A DNA stretch of 16,623 nt from Fibrobacteria bacterium. Lineage in GTDB: Bacteria > Fibrobacterota > Fibrobacteria > UBA11236. Made by a program: the position numbers and the translations under genes. Shown one piece after another: positions 15,459-16,623 of the stretch (position 1 is its first letter; every line of letters starts with the position of its first letter). The notes under the pieces are model-generated. The model ran no database searches. It had not been told where the DNA came from and saw nothing but the letters and a program-made list of their open reading frames with translations. The stretch is from the NCBI GenBank assembly GCA_050486505.1, contig JBJHDK010000053.1, forward strand, positions 1 through 16,623, in the 5' to 3' direction.

Positions 15459-16339
15459 GGGGTTTGTCGTGGATCAGGCACCTTTGCCAGTTCTTCTCTC
15501 ACGGCGACGTCATCTTCTTCCACGTTTATCATCGCGCGCCATTCCGCGGAGAGCGGGGCGCCGGTGTTGCGCATGGCGATGAGCACGTTGCGCAGCAGCG
15601 CCTGCCGCCCGGCGCGGGGCAGGGGCGTGTGGCGCAGCAGGCTGCGGAAGCCGCCGCCCTTACGGAGCAGCTTGAGCCAGTCTTCCGGGGTGCGCGGCCA
15701 GTCGTCCTGCGCAAGGGGTTCTTCCCCGACGGCGGACGCGGGGTGCGCGCGCCCGGGCTTGCGGTTCCAGGGACAGACGTCCTGGCAGATGTCGCAGCCG
15801 TAGATCCAGTTCCCGAACTTTGAGGACATGTCTTCCGGGATGCTTCCCTTGTGCTCGATGGTCCAGTAGCTGATGCATTTGCCCGCGTCGAGTTTCCCCG
15901 GCGCGATGAGGGCGTCGGTGGGGCACGCGTCGAGGCAGGCGGTGCAACCTCCGCAGAAATCGGCCGTGGGGCGCGGGGGCGCGTCGAGATCGACGTCAAG
16001 CAGAAAGCCGGCGAGCAGGAATCCGGAGCCGTGCTTGCGGTGGAGGAGGGTGGCGTTCTTGCCGCGCCAGCCGAGGCCGGCCTCGGCGGCGAAGTCGCGC
16101 TCGAACACCGGGCTGGTGTCGCAGAATCGCAGGAACTTCGTGCCGGGGGATTCGGCCTTCAATCGCTCTTCGCAGCGGTCCAGGATACGGTGGCAAACGC
16201 GGTGGTAATCCTTGCCGCGCGCGTAGGCGGCGACACGGAAGGCTCCGGTATCGACGCCGAAAGGAACGGGTTGGCGCAGCGAGAACAGGATGATGGTTTT
16301 GGCCCACGCGGCAAAGGCGACCGGATCGCGGCGCTCGGG
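15455..16339 (-). CDS. queG: Epoxyqueuosine reductase QueG, 5'-truncated in this sequence
   Basis: The frame extends above the track start: PERRDP..FAAWAKTIILF...RVAAYARGKDYH...CDTSPVFER..A..AGLGWRGKN..L....GS; CGGCTACLDACPT; KCISYWTIE; IYGCDICQDVCPWN. Similarity stops at about 16339, with no start codon before an in-frame stop at 16456-16454. Confidence 0.92.
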   Translation of the reverse strand, partial: PERRDPVAFAAWAKTIILFSLRQPVPFGVDTGAFRVAAYARGKDYHRVCHRILDRCEERLKAESPGTKFLRFCDTSPVFERDFAAEAGLGWRGKNATLLHRKHGSGFLLAGFLLDVDLDAPPRPTADFCGGCTACLDACPTDALIAPGKLDAGKCISYWTIEHKGSIPEDMSSKFGNWIYGCDICQDVCPWNRKPGRAHPASAVGEEPLAQDDWPRTPEDWLKLLRKGGGFRSLLRHTPLPRAGRQALLRNVLIAMRNTGAPLSAEWRAMINVEEDDVAVREELAKVPDPRQTP

Positions 16340-16623
16340 CGGCGCTGCTGCGACTGGCGGACCTGCTGCTGCTGTTGCCGGCCATCCCGTTGCTGCTGTT
16401 CCTCGCGGCGCTGTACGACGTCGGCCCGATCGCGCTCGGGTTGGTGCTGGGCGTCAGCTCCGGGCTCGGCCCGAGTGCGTTGGTCCTGCACGCCCACGCG
16501 GAGCGCATCGCGGCGGCGCCGTTCATCGAGGCATCGCGGGCGATCGGTGCCGGCACGGCGCGGATCGCGCGGGTGCACGTCATCCCCGCACTGCTGCCCA
16601 TGACGTGGTTGACGGTGCTGTTC
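16339..16623 (+). CDS. Internal fragment of a peptide/nickel ABC permease (DppC/OppC-like); no start codon, runs off the window end; absent from the ORF track
   Basis: Manual translation: AALLRLADLLLLLPAIPLLLFLAALYDVGPIALGLVLGVSSGLGPSALVLHAHAERIAAAPFIEASRAIGAGTARIARVHVIPALLPMTWLTVLF. It contains the R..D.LL..P...L TM segment and the EAA loop FIEA.RA.GA...RI...H..P. Confidence 0.85.

Noticed and set aside
15851..16603. Cys-rich or Gln-rich ORFs near the window end (15851-16603 +, 16159-16578 -, 15996-16601 -)
   Set aside because: Off-frame readings of the CTG-rich (Leu) permease fragment and of queG across the junction.

Overview
High-GC bacterial chromosomal window, mostly housekeeping and metabolic genes. 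In order: the 3' part of a DUF2911/TPR-like gene; a low-GC orphan lipoprotein gene bracketed by a 53-bp direct repeat of the upstream gene's 3' end; mscS and class II fbaA (-); xseA-xseB-hypothetical (+); a 7-repeat beta-propeller lipoprotein (-); a GH2-like protein with degenerate catalytic motifs followed by a XylG/XylH-like sugar ABC ATPase and permease (-); a membrane-anchored R/D/E/G-rich low-complexity protein (-); lexA with a clear sigma70 promoter (+); and a 5'-truncated queG (-) abutting an unrelated internal DppC/OppC-like permease fragment (+), which is most likely a chimeric join. No rRNA, tRNA, CRISPR, integrase or transposase is evident, and I cannot point to a complete new multi-gene system. 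The most interesting signals are: (i) an integrase-less insertion that appears to replace a host gene's C-terminus, (ii) three REP-like palindromes that each contain the stop codon of the adjacent gene, (iii) a heptamer-repeat hairpin inserted in frame in the ABC ATPase, related to an inverted-repeat structure between fbaA and xseA, and (iv) the probable loss of the GH2 nucleophile. All family calls are by motif recognition; no database searches were run.
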